Source: the human T2T-CHM13v2.0 reference genome, Homo sapiens. Taken from it: DNA of 64,000 bases. Location of the stretch: NCBI RefSeq assembly GCF_009914755.1, contig NC_060932.1, one strand, 5' to 3'. Made by a program: the position numbers and the translations under genes. Shown piece after piece: positions 28,126 to 42,590 of the stretch. Positions within the stretch are counted from its first letter, which is position 1; each line of letters opens with the position of its first letter. The notes beneath the pieces were generated by a model. The model did no database searches. It had not been told where the DNA came from and saw only the letters and a list, made by a program, of their open reading frames with translations.

Positions 28126-28886
28126 TGGAAGACAGTTTGGCAGTTTCTTACAAAATTAAATGTACTCTTACCATATGACCTGACAGTTGTGCTCCTTGGT
28201 ATTTACCCAAATTAGTTGAAAGCTTATGTCTACACAAAAATCTGTACATGAACATTTATAGCAGTTTTGTCATAATTGCCCAAACTTGGAAGCAACCAAG
28301 ATGTGCCTTTAGCAGGTGGATGCATAAATTTTGGAACATCCTGACAAGGGTCTACTATTTAGCACTAAAAAGAAATGAGCTATCAAGGCATAAAAAGCCA
28401 CAGAGGAAATTTAAATTCATATTATTAAGGAAAGAAACCAATATAAAGGGCTACATACTGTATGATCCAACTATCAACTATACAACACTCTGGAAAAGGC
28501 AAAACTATTGAAATGGTAAAAAGATCAATGGTTGCCAGGGGTTGGCAGAAGAGAAGGATGAATTGGCAGAGCACAGGGGATTTTTAGGGCAGTAAAACTA
28601 CTCTGTAATGTACTATAATGGTAGATACATGTCACACATTTGTCAAAACCCATAGAACGTGCAATTGCAAGAGTGAACTCTAATGTAAACTGGATTTTGG
28701 ATGATAATAATGTGTCAATGTGCATTCATTGATTTTAACAGATGAATCACTCTGGTGAAGGAGGCTGACAGCTGGGGACCTGTGCACGTGTAGGGGCAGA
28801 GGGCATACAAGGACTTTTTATAATACTTTCTGCTCAATTTCTCTGTGAACTAAAACTGCTGGTATAAAGAGTCTACTTCAGAAAAA
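28126..28886 (+). mobile_element. L1MC1-like 3' end
   Basis: tggaagacagtttggcagtttcttacaaaattaaa...gggatttttagggcagtaaaactactctgta. Confidence 0.85.
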
Positions 28887-28989
28887 GCCAACCAATCAGA
28901 ATCTTAAAAATTTTTGTTACAGTTCTTGTCTTTGAAACAAAGGCTAAGCTAATGGTATGTATCAAAGGCCCCAGAGAAAGTGTAAATTT

Positions 28990-29553
28990 CACTCTTCAGT
29001 CTTGTGCTGACACAGTGTTCCCTTCCAGAGGAGGAAGGTAGCCAATCTCATGGCTGGCCCATAGCTTGTTAGGATACCTGATGTGGGAAGGCTTAGCCAA
29101 ATGTGAAATAGCTATGCCATCATGTTATTCTCTTAGCAATTAGAATTTAGAAACATGCAAGGAATCAGTACTCTAACACAAGAGCAGAAGTTGATCAGCC
29201 ACAGTGAGAGAGGGCATGAGGCAGGCTGGGCCAAAGTCATGAGACTTCTAATTTAGGTGTAAGCAGAGACCTTGAGGCAGGGAGGAAGAGAGGAAGTAAT
29301 GGTGGGTGGAACCACAGGGGTGGACCAGAGCTGAGTTAATGGCATATGAATTCCTGTTGCTGATGACAAATCATATAAGTTGTCACCTTTCTAGTTCTCT
29401 TCCCTGTGATACATCTGTCCTATGGTTCCTTTCCTCAGATTTATTCAAGTAAGGTCCTGTCAGCCTTAGACTGAGAATTCTTATAATTCCCCTGTCACTT
29501 GAGCTATCCTGATAGAGTCTTTATTCCACACATCCAAAATAACCTGCCTAGCA
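28990..29553 (+). mobile_element. Very old LTR (LTR67B/MLT-like)
   Basis: Ends acttgagctatcctgatagagtctttattccacacatccaaaataacctgcctagca, like class III LTR 3' ends. Confidence 0.4.
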
Positions 29554-29837
29554 TGGTTATCATAAAAAAGAAGAGAGTACATTGTAATATTAAAACAAAT
29601 TTAATCCACTTTATGAATTTAGCAAGTCATCTCTCCTGGTCATAAGATCTGTTCTTTGAGAGGAATTCTATATAGGAATCAAACACTTTTGCCAAGACAG
29701 AATTGCCTGAACCTTTCTGCCTCATATCCTCCTTCTTAAATGTATGATTTCCAAATAGCATATACCTTTTGGTTTCTGAATGAAGTAAGAATTGGATAAA
29801 CCAAATCATGTGGGGGGTTACCTAACCCACAAATCTT

Positions 29838-30122
29838 CCTTTTCATTTTTGAAACAGGGTCTCTGTCTGTCTGACACCCAGGCTGAGTGCAGTGACATGA
29901 TCATGGTTCACTGCAGCCTCAACCTTCTGAGCTCAAGCGATCCTCCCATCTCAGCCTCCTGAGTAGCTCGGACTACAGGAGCACACCACAACGCCCTACC
30001 TGGATAAATTTTTAAATTTTTTTGTAGAGACAGTGTGGGCTCAAACTCCCGGGCTCAAGCAATCCTCCTGCCTTGGCCTCCCAAAGTGCTGGGATTACAG
30101 GCATGAGCCACTGTACCTGGCC
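29838..30122 (-). mobile_element. AluJ with small internal deletion
   Basis: Reverse Alu; TSD aaccc(a/g)caaatctt. Confidence 0.9.
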
Positions 30123-30814
30123 CAAACCCGCAAATCTTTATGATGACCTTAACCCATCCTTTTAATAAAGGACTTAATTATTATTTATTTTTTATTTCCT
30201 TGATGCTACCATAGTGCCTAGCACCTGATTGAATATAAACTTAAATATTGTCTTCACTTATGTTGAGTTATTTTTCCATTTTTTATTAGTACAGAGATTC
30301 ATTGATAAGAAACAAACTCACAGTAAGTAGAAAATTAATGCAGTCTTGCAAATGTGAGCAGTGCCTGTCTCAGGCCCTGGCTACTCCAAAATAAATGGTA
30401 TGGTCTCTGCTCTCAATGAGCTTACTGTCCAGTGGAAGAGACAAAGATGTAAAATAAATGCAAAATAATGTGACAACTGCCAGAATGCATATAGGTGCAA
30501 AGTACTAAGCAGCATAGAGGAGAGAGTGAGTAGCTGTGAGGTGAGAGAGAGGAGGAGGAGGAATAAGGGCGATTTCAGTTCTCCACACTATTGCTGGTTT
30601 GACGGGGGATTCCAAGCTGCAAGATCTTGATATCCAGGTAGGGTTGTCCCTGGCAGATAAATTCCCGGGGAGAAAAACACTGGGGCATATGGGTGACATA
30701 TTAATGACTATGGACTGAATTGAGACTTATTCCATGTAGAGATAATAGCATCTTTAAAAGGAGTGATAGGGTGAAAGAATATTTTTGTTCAGGAACTATA
30801 GGTAGTTTGGTATA

Positions 30815-31305
30815 CGTATCAGTTATCTTTTTGCCACAAAAAGTTGTGTAAAAAACCATCCCAAATCTGGCTGCTGAACAACAATCATTCATTCTTTCTC
30901 GTGTATCTGTGAGTAGGCTGGATGCTTCTGCTGATCTGGTTGTAGTCTGCTGATCTAAGCTGAGTTCTCTCCTGAATCTGTGATCAACTGGCCTGAAGCT
31001 GGGAGCTGGTGGGTTTAAGATGGCCTCAGTCAGGATGACTTGTCACTGCTCTGTGTGAACTCTCTTCCTCCCGCAAGTTGGCCTGGACTTGTTTCCATCG
31101 TGGAGGCAGGGTTCTAAGAGACAGCATAAGGCCCCTTGAGGACTGGATTTAGAACCAGCACACCATCACCTTCCATAAGGCAAAGCAAGTCAGTAAGCCA
31201 GTGCAGATTCACAGGGGGAAAATAAGTCACTGCTGCACAGTCACATTGCAAAGGGTGTGGAGGGGTGGGGAACTGGGGTCATTTGCGCTATCAATCCATG
31301 TCACA
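30815..31305 (-). mobile_element. MLT1G/H-like MaLR LTR
   Basis: tatcagttatc...aagatggcctcag...ggcaaagcaagtca...tcacattgcaaagggtgtgg. Confidence 0.75.
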
Positions 31306-32040
31306 CGTAGGAATAGAAGGTGCATGTGACTGGTGAGAGGAGAGTCTGGGAAGTTATAGAGGACCCCAGGTAAATGGAGGTAAGAAATGTGGACTGGTAG
31401 AGGAAGAGAGGCTTGGAAGAATGGGAGGCAGAGCAGAGACAGGATCAGTTTCTCACTTTAGGAAAGTAACACTGGCTGCAATAAAGAGGATGAATTGGAG
31501 GGATCCAACCTTTCCCTTGTAAACAAATATCTGGGATGGAACTCTGCCTAGTTATCTGTTTATTTATATCCCACTTCATTCCAAAAATGATATAATACCA
31601 CAACTCTTCCATAGTTGTTTTCAAAAATATATGTATTTATGCCCTGTCTACTTCTAAAAAGAATTTGAAGCAGCTCTATTTGAATTCTTCCCAAAGGCCA
31701 TCTTGGAAGTATGTCGTTGTCTGACTTAACTGAGCAACCAGTAAATGAAACTCCCAGAGCTTCTAGCCAAAGAATATTCCTGGAGGCGAAATAAACAGAG
31801 GTGAATTTGGCTGTTTGAAAACACATGTAAGCTCTTTATTTAGAACTCTGATTCCATGGTAGCTGAAGAGAAAGAAAGGTATGGCTGGCAGCATTAGTTC
31901 AAAAAGAATATTTACCATTCCAGGCATCTTAGGAAATGCTGCAATAATTTCTGCTTAGCAGACACAAAAATAAGCTGGTAAAAGTCATAGCTTGCCTGTA
32001 CAACAAAGCTGAGATAACAAAAAGGCCCTGCACAGACTGA

Positions 32041-32457
<417 letters not shown>

Positions 32458-33079
32458 GGGAAATTTATTTCAAGTTCAATGTTAGTCAATGTAGTAAATT
32501 CCATAGTTTCAGGATTAAGAAAATTTATCCTACCATTTTCATTTGCTGTATGTACATTTACAGAAATGCATTGTGTAGGTCTGTGTTAAATACTGGGGCT
32601 GCAGAGATGAGTAATATGTGATCTTTCTTCTTAAGTTGTTCATTGATAGACACAGAATAAGGTAAATGGCAACAGTTCTTGCTAAGCTCTAGTTCCTAAT
32701 TGTGAACAAAATGCTGTGAAACCATAGGTGAGAGAGTGAAAGCCTTAGTTTCTCTATATTAGTCCCTTTGTCTTGGAGTTCATATTCTTAGGACAAAAGG
32801 CAAAACAGGAAAAGTGTTCTTGCTTGCAGCGCACTAACATTTTCTGAGGATCATTTAATCATAGACTTCTGTTACCTCCACAATAGGCTCTGATTCTAGC
32901 TGAGACCAACACAGAGACTTCTTTTAAAGGAAACAATTCCAGGGAGATTGTAACACTACATAGTGCATATATATCATTTAGATGTTTGTCTTCTCATTTG
33001 CAAAGATGATACTAATAGCTGGTGTAATATAAGTCCTTCACTCGTTTGTGCAACTCCAGTTTAGGCCTGTTATCCAGAC

Positions 33080-33393
33080 TTTTTTTTTTGGGGGGGGATG
33101 GAGTTTCGTCCTTGTTTCCCAGGCTGGAGTGCAATGGCATGATCTCGGCTCACTGCAACCTCCGCCTCCTGGATTCAAGTGATTCTCTTGCCTCAGCCTC
33201 CTGAGGAGCTGGGATTACAGGTGCCTGCCACCACGCCTGGCTATTTTTTTTTTTTTTTTTTTTTTGTATTTTTAGTAGAGATGGGGTTTTACCATGTTGG
33301 CCAAGCTGGTCTCGAACTCCTGACCTCAGGTGATCCCCCCACCTCAGCCTCCCAAAGTGGTGGGATTACAGGTGTGACCCACCGTGCCTGGCC
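33080..33393 (-). mobile_element. AluSp/Sq-like
   Basis: gagtttcgtccttgtttcccaggctggagtgcaatggc. Confidence 0.92.
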
Positions 33394-34219
33394 CAGAGGA
33401 TTTGTTAATAACGCCCCCCTCACAAGAGTTATGGTTTGGATAATAAATTACATGGCCACTGTACTAACAACAAATTTTCAGCAAAATGAGCAACTGAGCT
33501 GGTTTCCCAGCAGTGATTTCTTTATTTGTGGATGCCAAATTATCCATGCTGTCTTGCACAATCCCGTCTCCTTTTTTATCAGGGATGTGAACTTTTATGA
33601 TGTCTGGCCTAGACTAAAAGTGCTGTTTGTGGTTGTGCAACACTTTTTCTCAGAGTAGAGCTAACTACTCTGTGTAGAGATCATGACCATGGGAACCCAT
33701 CAGTGCTCTGCATGAGCCAAGAGGGAAACTGGCTCTGTTAACAGCTTGATAATTGCAACTTTGGCAAAGGGAAGGAGAGACACTCCCCTCAGTACACTTT
33801 GCACTAGAATTATAATTCACATACCAACTTTGAATTCTCACCACCATGTCAATTTCAATACTTGTGTAGTTGTCATGCTTCCTAAAATATACTGGCAATA
33901 CTTGTCATGCTTCCTAAAATATAGTGAAAATAAAAGTTTTAAAGATAATTTTATAAGGTAATAAGGCAAAACATTTTGTGCTTTTGTGGGTGAGGGGTGG
34001 GGCTGGGTTTTGGCTCTTTTCCTGTCACTAATCATGCATTTATTTTTTTCATGTGTATTAATTGTTCTTCAATTAACTATCCTTATGTACTTTACAAGTC
34101 ACACATAACTCAGTCACTCTCTGTTTGGTTAGTAAGCTTTTATAATTTGGATTTCTATAACAACTACTCTTCAGGATGAGCCCAGTTTGAGTTCTATTAT
34201 GACACCAACTACTAGAAAA

Positions 34220-34420
34220 ATAGACTATGGTCTTTAGAGCCAAACAGGCCAGATTTAAGTACCAGCTTTGCTGGTCTATAGCTTTGTGACCTGGAGCAAG
34301 TTACTTACCTTTTCAGGCCTCAGTCATATCAATTGTCAAATGGAGACATTAAAGTTCAACTCTTTATGTCATTGTAAGACTCATCACAAGGCTTTAATTC
34401 TAGTAAGGTGCTCAACAAAT
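34220..34420 (+). mobile_element. MIR
   Basis: tagctttgtgacctggagcaagttacttacc...ggcctcagt...tagtaaggtgctcaacaaat. Confidence 0.7.
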
Positions 34421-34492
34421 AATTTTCTTTCTCTTGCATCCCGCTAAAGAAAATATAACTCAACCTCTGGAATGCTCCTATTTTACAATTTT

Positions 34493-34853
<361 letters not shown>

Positions 34854-35699
34854 TAACAACAACAACAAAATCCTTGAATACAAATATCTTTAGATAATAT
34901 AAATATCCCTGGAGGAACACCAGGTTTCTCCAGGTTTTTGATTTTAGGGACTCTTTTGGTAATTCAATAGGAGGTGTCTGTCTTAAGGAAATTAAAAACA
35001 AAAACTGGTAGGCTGCTTTCTATTTGTACATATAAAGTATTGAATTTAACACTTGTTAATTAAATAGTTTTTCAAAATTAGCTGGAATTAAAAACATTTT
35101 AAGTAATTAAAAATAATTTAATTATTATTATTATTTGCCATGTGAAAAGACAGGTTGCTCTAGCTGTAGAGAATCATGACCCACATGAAAATAATAGAAA
35201 TTGGCAACCTTGTTTTGGAATATATTGCAGCATGTGAAGAAGATGTAGAAAGGCGAACTTGGAGAGCACGTCCCAAAGGGAAAATTCTTCAGAGGACATA
35301 TATCTATTACAAGAGGCTCACAATATAAGTCAAATACTTTTTTAAAATGTCACTTAGAGGAACAAATGTCTCTCCTGCTGGGAGGACACATCCTCCATAG
35401 TAAGCACAGTGGAAAGATATTTGATGAGGACTGGAAAAGGGACAAGTATGCATGGAAGTGTCGGAGGTGGAAGAGCGGCACATAAGAAACAGTGGGGTGC
35501 ATGACAGGGGGCGGGAAAGCAGATGCTGCATGTCAAAGGGAGACTTTGAAGGAGGAAACCTATAATGATACCAGTTTCAACAGGGGAATCATATCATGAA
35601 AAGATCTTCCAGTTATTTGTGCAAATGCCACTTTTTCAGGGAAGCAAATGAACACCCTTTGTGAAATTATTCTCACACTTCTGATTTCTTTTCCTTTTT

Positions 35700-35890
35700 T
35701 CTCCAAACCACTAGTTGCATTTTGATATGCTATCAAATTTCTCTATCAGTTTTGTTTATTGTCTGTCTCCCCTCAGTAGAACGTAAGCTCCATGAGGACA
35801 GGTGCATCTGTCCATTTATTTTATTGTGCACCTCTGTATTCCTGGCATATGGCAACACAAATTTCTTGCATCAGTCAATAAATGAATGCC
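35700..35890 (+). mobile_element. L2 3' end
   Basis: tttattgtctgtctcccctcagtagaacgtaagctccatgaggacagg...aataaatgaatg. Confidence 0.7.
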
Positions 35891-36554
35891 CACATGAATA
35901 AACTATTGTGGGTAGAAGAGGTGGTATCTTCTAGGAGGAGGGAATTATACATGTGAAGTCTATTCAACACATTTATTGAGTTATATGCTCACATGCATAA
36001 ACATTGGCAGAATGTGAAGTGGAGCTCTCCCAAAAATGAAACTCTTATTTTAACAGATACCCAGAAAAAGTAAGAGTGAATTATTTGTCAAGTTGCTTTT
36101 GGAACATTTTGTTTTTTGTTTCCCAGTGTAAATGTTACTGACATGGCACATCTGTCTCCATTTGATACATACAAAAATGGCAGCAAGCATGTCCCAGATA
36201 TAAAAAGACCAAGGCAGAAAATCCTGGAGGAGAACACAAATACTGGGAATCAGTATTTCTCAAATGGAGAAAGAGAGACACACAAACAGATTTCAATGTG
36301 CCATATATTGTAAAAAGGCAATTTCCACTTCCATCTCCACCTTCTGCCTGCCTGCAAAAGGACAGAACAGTAAAAAGGACCTGCTTATAAACATTAGTAA
36401 AAAATTCATAAATTTTATCATTCAATAAATATTAGTAACTGTAGTCCAGTTTAACAAATTTTGTTTGATGAAATTTTAAGGGAATAAATTAAAAACAATC
36501 AGCTATTCTTTTCTAACAAGGAGAATGATCTTTAAATTGTAAAAGGTAGAACAA

Positions 36555-36957
36555 AGAAAAGGATTATAAAATAATACAATGAGCAACAGTGTGCCAACAA
36601 ATTAAATAACCTGAATGAAACAGACAAACTCCTAGAAGGACACAAATTACCAAAAGTAACTCCAAAGGAAACAGAAAATGTGAATAGACCTATAACAAGT
36701 AAAGAGAATGAATCTGTAATTGGTAAACTTTCTACAAAGAAAAGCCCAGAGCCAGATGGCTTCCCTGGTGAATTCTACCAAACATTTAAAGAATAATTAG
36801 CACCAACCCTTTCAAAATCTTCCAAAAAGTGGAACAGGAGACAACACTTCTAAATGCATTCCATAAGGCCAATAATATCATTATACCAAACTTAGAAAGA
36901 TAGATCACAACAAAAAAATACCTTCAGATAAAAATCCCTTATGAATGTGGATGTAAA
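36555..36957 (+). mobile_element. L1M ORF2 fragment (continues at 38547)
   Basis: aagcccagagccagatggcttccctggtgaattctaccaaacatttaaagaa (KSPGPDGF-like motif). Confidence 0.85.
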
Positions 36958-37615
36958 TAAGAACTACAATGAGATACAACTTTATACCCACTAAGATGGC
37001 TATAATTTTTTTTAAAAAAGAAAGGAAAAGAGTCTGGCTGCTCCTCAAAAAGTTAAACATAGCATTAGTACCTGATTAATCAATCCTACTTCTAGTTATA
37101 TACCCAACAGAATTGAAAAGAGAGACTCAAAACAGATACTTATATACTAGTGTTTACTGAAGCATTATTCATCATAGCCAAAAATGTAAACAAGCCAAAT
37201 GTTCACGAACTGATGAGTGAATAAGCACAATGTCATATATTCATACAATGAAATACTATTCTGTCATAAAGGGAATGAAGTACCAATAAATACTAAACAT
37301 AGATGAACCTGAAAACTTTACGCTAAGTGGAAGAAGCCAGACAAAAAGTCGATGTATTGTATGATTTCATTTATCTAAAAAGTCCAGAATAAGAAATTCA
37401 TAGAAAGTAGGTTAATAGTTGCCAGTGCAAGGGGGTAGTGGAGGGGAAATTGGAAGTTACTACTTAATAGGTATGAAGTTTCTTTTTGGGGTAATGAGAA
37501 TTTTCTGGAATTAGTGGTGATAGTTCCATATATTGTGAATATACTAAAAGACACTGGATTGTATGTTTTAAAATTGCTTAAATGGTGAATTTAATGTTAG
37601 TCACATTATCCCAAT
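36958..37615 (+). mobile_element. L1MB-type 3' end
   Basis: aactacaatgagatac...tttctttttggggtaatgagaattttctggaattag. Confidence 0.8.
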
Positions 37616-38309
37616 ACAATAGATCACAAGGTTTATGAGAAAATAGGATTTAAGAGATAATACTCAAAAACTTAGTGACACATAAAAAGCAGGTAGGAAT
37701 TTAATTAAACAGAATGGAATCTAATAAAACGGGAGCACAGTTTACACATTCTAAATGGTTAAGAAATAAATGGCTACTATAATACTTATGGTATTTTACC
37801 TTGAAAAATATCTAAAGTTTGCTTGTGGAAGTGGGTGCCTGAACTCCCACTCCCACCAGGCTTGCCTGACTGGCTTCCTCACCCACCATCATGTGTGCAA
37901 GAATAAAAGAACAAGGCAGCAAGGGTAAGGAGAGAGGAAGAGAGATGAGAGCAGAGAGAAAAAATATATAATAAGCCAAGAGGAAATGGGAAAATGAAAG
38001 AGTCTTTAGGGCAGGGGCTTTTCCATATAATTGTGGCTATATTATCCTAAAACTCAAGCTTGTAGCTAGAAAGTTTTTGTAAAGGGGTGGCAAGAGGTGA
38101 TCTGAAATCACATGGAACAATTGTGACACTGAGTGCAGATGATGTGGCTCAATGTCCTCATGAGGTGTGTGTCTGGAGTTTTTGGGTTCTGCATTCACCT
38201 AATGGTTCTCTTTGGAAAATATTCAGGCCTTCAAAACAAAACAGATTTGTTTTCTGGCTTGCACAAATTCAGATTTTTCTGTGTGAAAGCAGAACTGACT
38301 GAATTTTGT

Positions 38310-38546
38310 TAGCTTTTTCATGGAATTGTAGCTATTTTTGATATTATCCTAACACTCAACAAGTTGTAGGTTTCTAAATATTAGATCCAGTGTAGAATCT
38401 GAAACCATATTAATAAACTATCCACACTCTGTTGCATTAAAATCCATGGCTTTGGATTTTATCTTGTACTTTAAATAGGTTGTTTACCCATGCATGATTT
38501 CATAGTATCATTCTTTGTTCATTTGGAAAATATTGGTTCACTGAAT
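38310..38546 (-). mobile_element. Charlie1-like hAT transposase fragment
   Basis: Reverse complement resembles remembered Charlie1 (cagtgaaccaatattttccaaatg...aaatcatgcatgggtaaa...atggtttcagattc). Confidence 0.65.
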
Positions 38547-40908
38547 TACTAGTCAACTGAATCCAAAGACAGAAAAAAAGATTACACACTTAAGTAAGTA
38601 GGATCTATCCCAGAATGTGAGGTTGCTACATCATGTGAAAATGAATCAACATAATACAATATATTAATAAAATAAAGGACAAAACTCATATGATCATCTC
38701 AGTAGATGTGGAAAAGTATTTGATGAAATTCAACAACCTTTCATGATAGAAACATTCAACAAACCAGGAATAGAAAAAAAATTTCCCCACCTGATAGCAT
38801 CTACAAAACACCCACAACTAACATTATACTTAATGGTAGAAGCCTGAAAGCTTTCCCACCAGAATCAGGAACAGGACAAGGATGTTCACTCTCACCACTC
38901 TTTTCAACATTGTACTGGAGATTTTTCCATGTAATTTGGCAAGAAAAGGAAATAAAAGGCATCCAAATCAGAGAGGAAAGAGTAAAACTATTTCTATTTG
39001 CAGGTGACATGATCTTATAAGTAGAAAATTCTAGGGAAGATACAAAACAACAGCTACTAGTGCTAATAAACAAGCTTAACAAAGTTGAAAAATACAAAAT
39101 AATTATGCAAAAATTAATTCTATTTCTATGTAGTAGCAATGAATAATCTGAAAGGAAAATTTTTAAAAGTCAATTTATAGTAGTATAAAAAAGAATAAAA
39201 TATTTACAAACAAAATCAACAAAAGGAGTTTAAGACTTGTGTGTTGAAAACTAAAACATTGCTGAAAGAAATTAAAGAAGATCTAAATAAATGGAAAGAC
39301 ATCCCATGTTCATGGATTGCAAGATTTAATATTAAGATGATAATTGATCTACATAATCAATGCAATTCTTATAAAAATTCCAGCTGTTTGCTGTCTTTTC
39401 TTCAGAAATAGACAAGCTTAATTTAAAATGCATATGAAAGTGCAGGAAACCTAGATAGCTTAAATAATCTTGAAAAACAACAAAGATGGACTCATACTAC
39501 CAATTTCAAACTTCTTGTGAAGCTACAGTATTCAAAACTATGTGGTACTGGCATAAAAACAGATATATAGAGCGTTAGAAAACAATTGAAAGTCCAGAAA
39601 TAAATCTCAAGTTTATGGTCAATTGATTTGCAGGAAGGGTTCCAAGGATATTCAATGGAGAAAAAAATAGTTATGTCAAAAAATTGGTGCTGGAACAACT
39701 AGATGTCCACATGCAAAAGAATAAAACTGGACCACTCACACCACATACAAAAAATTAACTCCAAACAGATCAAAGACCTAAATTTAATAACAAAAACTAT
39801 TAAACTCTTACAAGAAAACAAAACTTTCTCGAATAAGGCAATGGTTTCTTAGACATGACATCAAATCATGAGCAGCAACAAAATAAATAAATAAATTAGA
39901 CTTCATAAAACTGAAAACTTTTGTACTTGAAAAGACACTATCAAGAAAGTTAAAAGACAACTCATGGAATGAGAGAAAATATTTGCAAATCATATATTTA
40001 ATAAGGGACTAGTCTATCCAGAATATAAAAGACCTTTTGCAACTTTACGATAAAAAAGACAGTGCAACAGAAAAATGGGCAACTACTTTTAATAGACGTT
40101 TTTAAAAGAAGATATACAAATGGCCAATAAGCACATGAAAAATGTTCAGCAGCATTAGTCTTAGGGAAATGCACATAAAAACCACAACGAGATACCATTA
40201 CACATTCACTAAGATGGTTATAATAAAAATGTCAAACAATAAAAAGTGGTAGCTAGGATGTAGGGAAATTTGAACCCTTTTATATTGCTGATAAGACTTA
40301 AAATGGTGCAGCTGCTTTTGAAAAACCATTTTTCAAAAGGTTCAATATAGAGTTACCATATGACTCACCAATTCTACTACTAGGTATACATCCAAGAAAA
40401 ATGAAAAATATGTTCACACAAAAGCTTGTATGCAAACATTATAGCACCTTTATTCATAATAACCAAAAAGTGGAAATAACTCAAAAGTCTATCAACTGAT
40501 GAATGGTTAAATAAAACATGGTACATCCATATAGTGGAATATTATTTGGCCCTAAAAAGAAATGAAGTACTGATACATGCTAAGTCCTTGATGAACCTTG
40601 AAAAGATTATGCTAAGTGAGAGAATATAGTTGCAGAAGACCACCTAGTAAGTGATTTCATCTATATAAAATATCCAGAATGGGCAAATCTGTAGAAACAG
40701 AAAGTAGATTAGTGGTTGTCTAGGCTCGGGGTTTAGAAAGGAAATGGAAAGTGACTGATAATGGGTATAGAATTTCTTTTCATGCTGATGACATGTTCTG
40801 AAATTAGAGTCTGGCGATGTTTGCACAACTCTGTGAATAAAAGTCACTAAACTGTACAGCTTAAAAGAATATGCTTTATAATATATGAATTATGTACCAA
40901 TAAAAAAT
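38547..40908 (+). mobile_element. L1MB7/8-like ORF2 (RT) to 3' end
   Basis: Decayed RT motifs (ggaacaggacaaggatgttcactctcacc, tttgcaggtgacatgatc) and L1MB 3'UTR. Confidence 0.88.
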
Positions 40909-40924
40909 GAAGAGGTATGATGAT

Positions 40925-42330
40925 TATTAGGAACCAGCAATGAATCACTTAAGAATAACTTGACTAACATAATTTATTACCATTTTTTCATAAGGAAACT
41001 AGACAAGCAGATTAGAGAAACAACCTATAGACAATGTATCATGATTTAAGTAAGTAATTTGGATCCAGTCATTAATTGTTTGCTTGTTTAGTAATTCATT
41101 ATCTGTTGGAAATTTACTAAGAATGTACCTGAATTGTGCTGGCTATTGGAGATTCAGAGATCAATATGACAGTTCTTTACAGAACTAGCCTACTAATTAA
41201 AAATTATGCTTTAAATATGGCAAGAGAAGCTCAGAGAAGTTAAATAACTCTCCTGATGTCACACAGCTAAAAAGTAACAAAGAATTTGAACTAAATTATA
41301 TGGGGCTGAAAAGTCCATGACGTTCCATTATGGCATGCTTCCAATAGCAGCGTGCTTGTGGGTAAGAATAGGAACTGAGTGATGATGTAATTCCGGATAG
41401 TCACAAAGAGTTGAATAACTGAATGCAGGGAATGTTAACTCATGGACTGATCTCAATCTTGAGGGACATCCCCAGAGTTGTCACAGGGCTCTGAGAATGG
41501 CTGGATCCCATTTGATAATCTTATCAACAACATAAATGAAGACAGAGGGCAGGATGACCACATTTGTTGTTGACACAAAGCTGGAAGTGATAGTTGATAT
41601 GCTCAAAGAAAGAATCAGGATTTGAAAAGATCTCATTAGACTGGAACTATGGGCTGAAATTAATACGGGATTGAGGGAGAACTGGATTAACAGGAATTCA
41701 CATGAAAAAGACTTGGATATTTTAATTGACAGCAAGCTCAATATGATTCAAAGGTGTTAGCCAAAAAAGCTAAGGCATTCTTATCCTGCATTAAAATATA
41801 GTGTCTAGGAAAAGGAATGTAATTGCACTCTGGTCACTGCTATTGTCTGACAAATTGTGAAGCATTTTGTTCAGTTTGGGGTGGCTATTGTTAGGAAGGA
41901 TATTGACAAACTGGAGCATGTTCAGAGAGAGACCAGAAGAGTGAAACTGTGTCATGTGAAGACTGGGGGTGTTTAGCTTGGAATAGGAAGATCTGGATGG
42001 TGCAGTGGGAGTGGGGAGAAGGGAAGTAAAGTAGCTATTTTCAAAGATTTAAGGGGATGTCTTGGGGCTGATGGTTTAATTCAATTCTATTTACTTTAGT
42101 AGAATTCAAACTCAAACAAGACAGGGAGACAAATTTCTGTTCATGAATTATTTTCAGATAATTGGGAGTTGTAGAAAATGGAATAATCTACTTTGTAATT
42201 TAGTGAGCAGTTTTTCATGGGAATTATGCAAGAGTAATCTATATGAACACTATTAAATAATTGAGAGATATTACTGAAACTTCATTGAAGATTGCCTCAA
42301 TGTCTTACAAGATCCATTTGAGCTCAAAGA
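40925..42330 (+). mobile_element. L3/CR1 LINE relic (with L2 and MIR inserted at ~41090-41340)
   Basis: CR1 RT-like tttgttgttgacacaaagctgga (FADDTKLG-like), gacagcaagctcaatatga, ggatattgacaaactggagcatgttcagag. Confidence 0.75.
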
Positions 42331-42349
42331 GCCAATAATAATTATAACA

Positions 42350-42590
42350 TTATTGTTATAGTATCAGCTAATATAAATTGAGAAAACTGTTATAAAAATA
42401 TTCTACATGCATGATCATATTTAGTCTGACAAAAACAATATTTTATTACTCCCATTTTATAGATGTGGAAATTGAGGCCTTAGACAGGCCGAGTAACTTT
42501 CTCAAGGATACATGAGTTGTAAATGTTAAAGCTAGACTTCCAACTCAGGTCACTCTAATTCAGAACTTCAGCTCTTAACTGCTTTCCTAA
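42350..42590 (-). mobile_element. MIR
   Basis: ctcccattttatagatgtggaaattgaggccttagacaggccgagtaactttctcaagg. Confidence 0.75.

Noticed and set aside
30640-30700. Possible MER81/MER94 hAT-Blackjack end
   Set aside because: Too short and degenerate to call
33179-33658. 159-aa ORF
   Set aside because: Antisense Alu read-through into unique DNA
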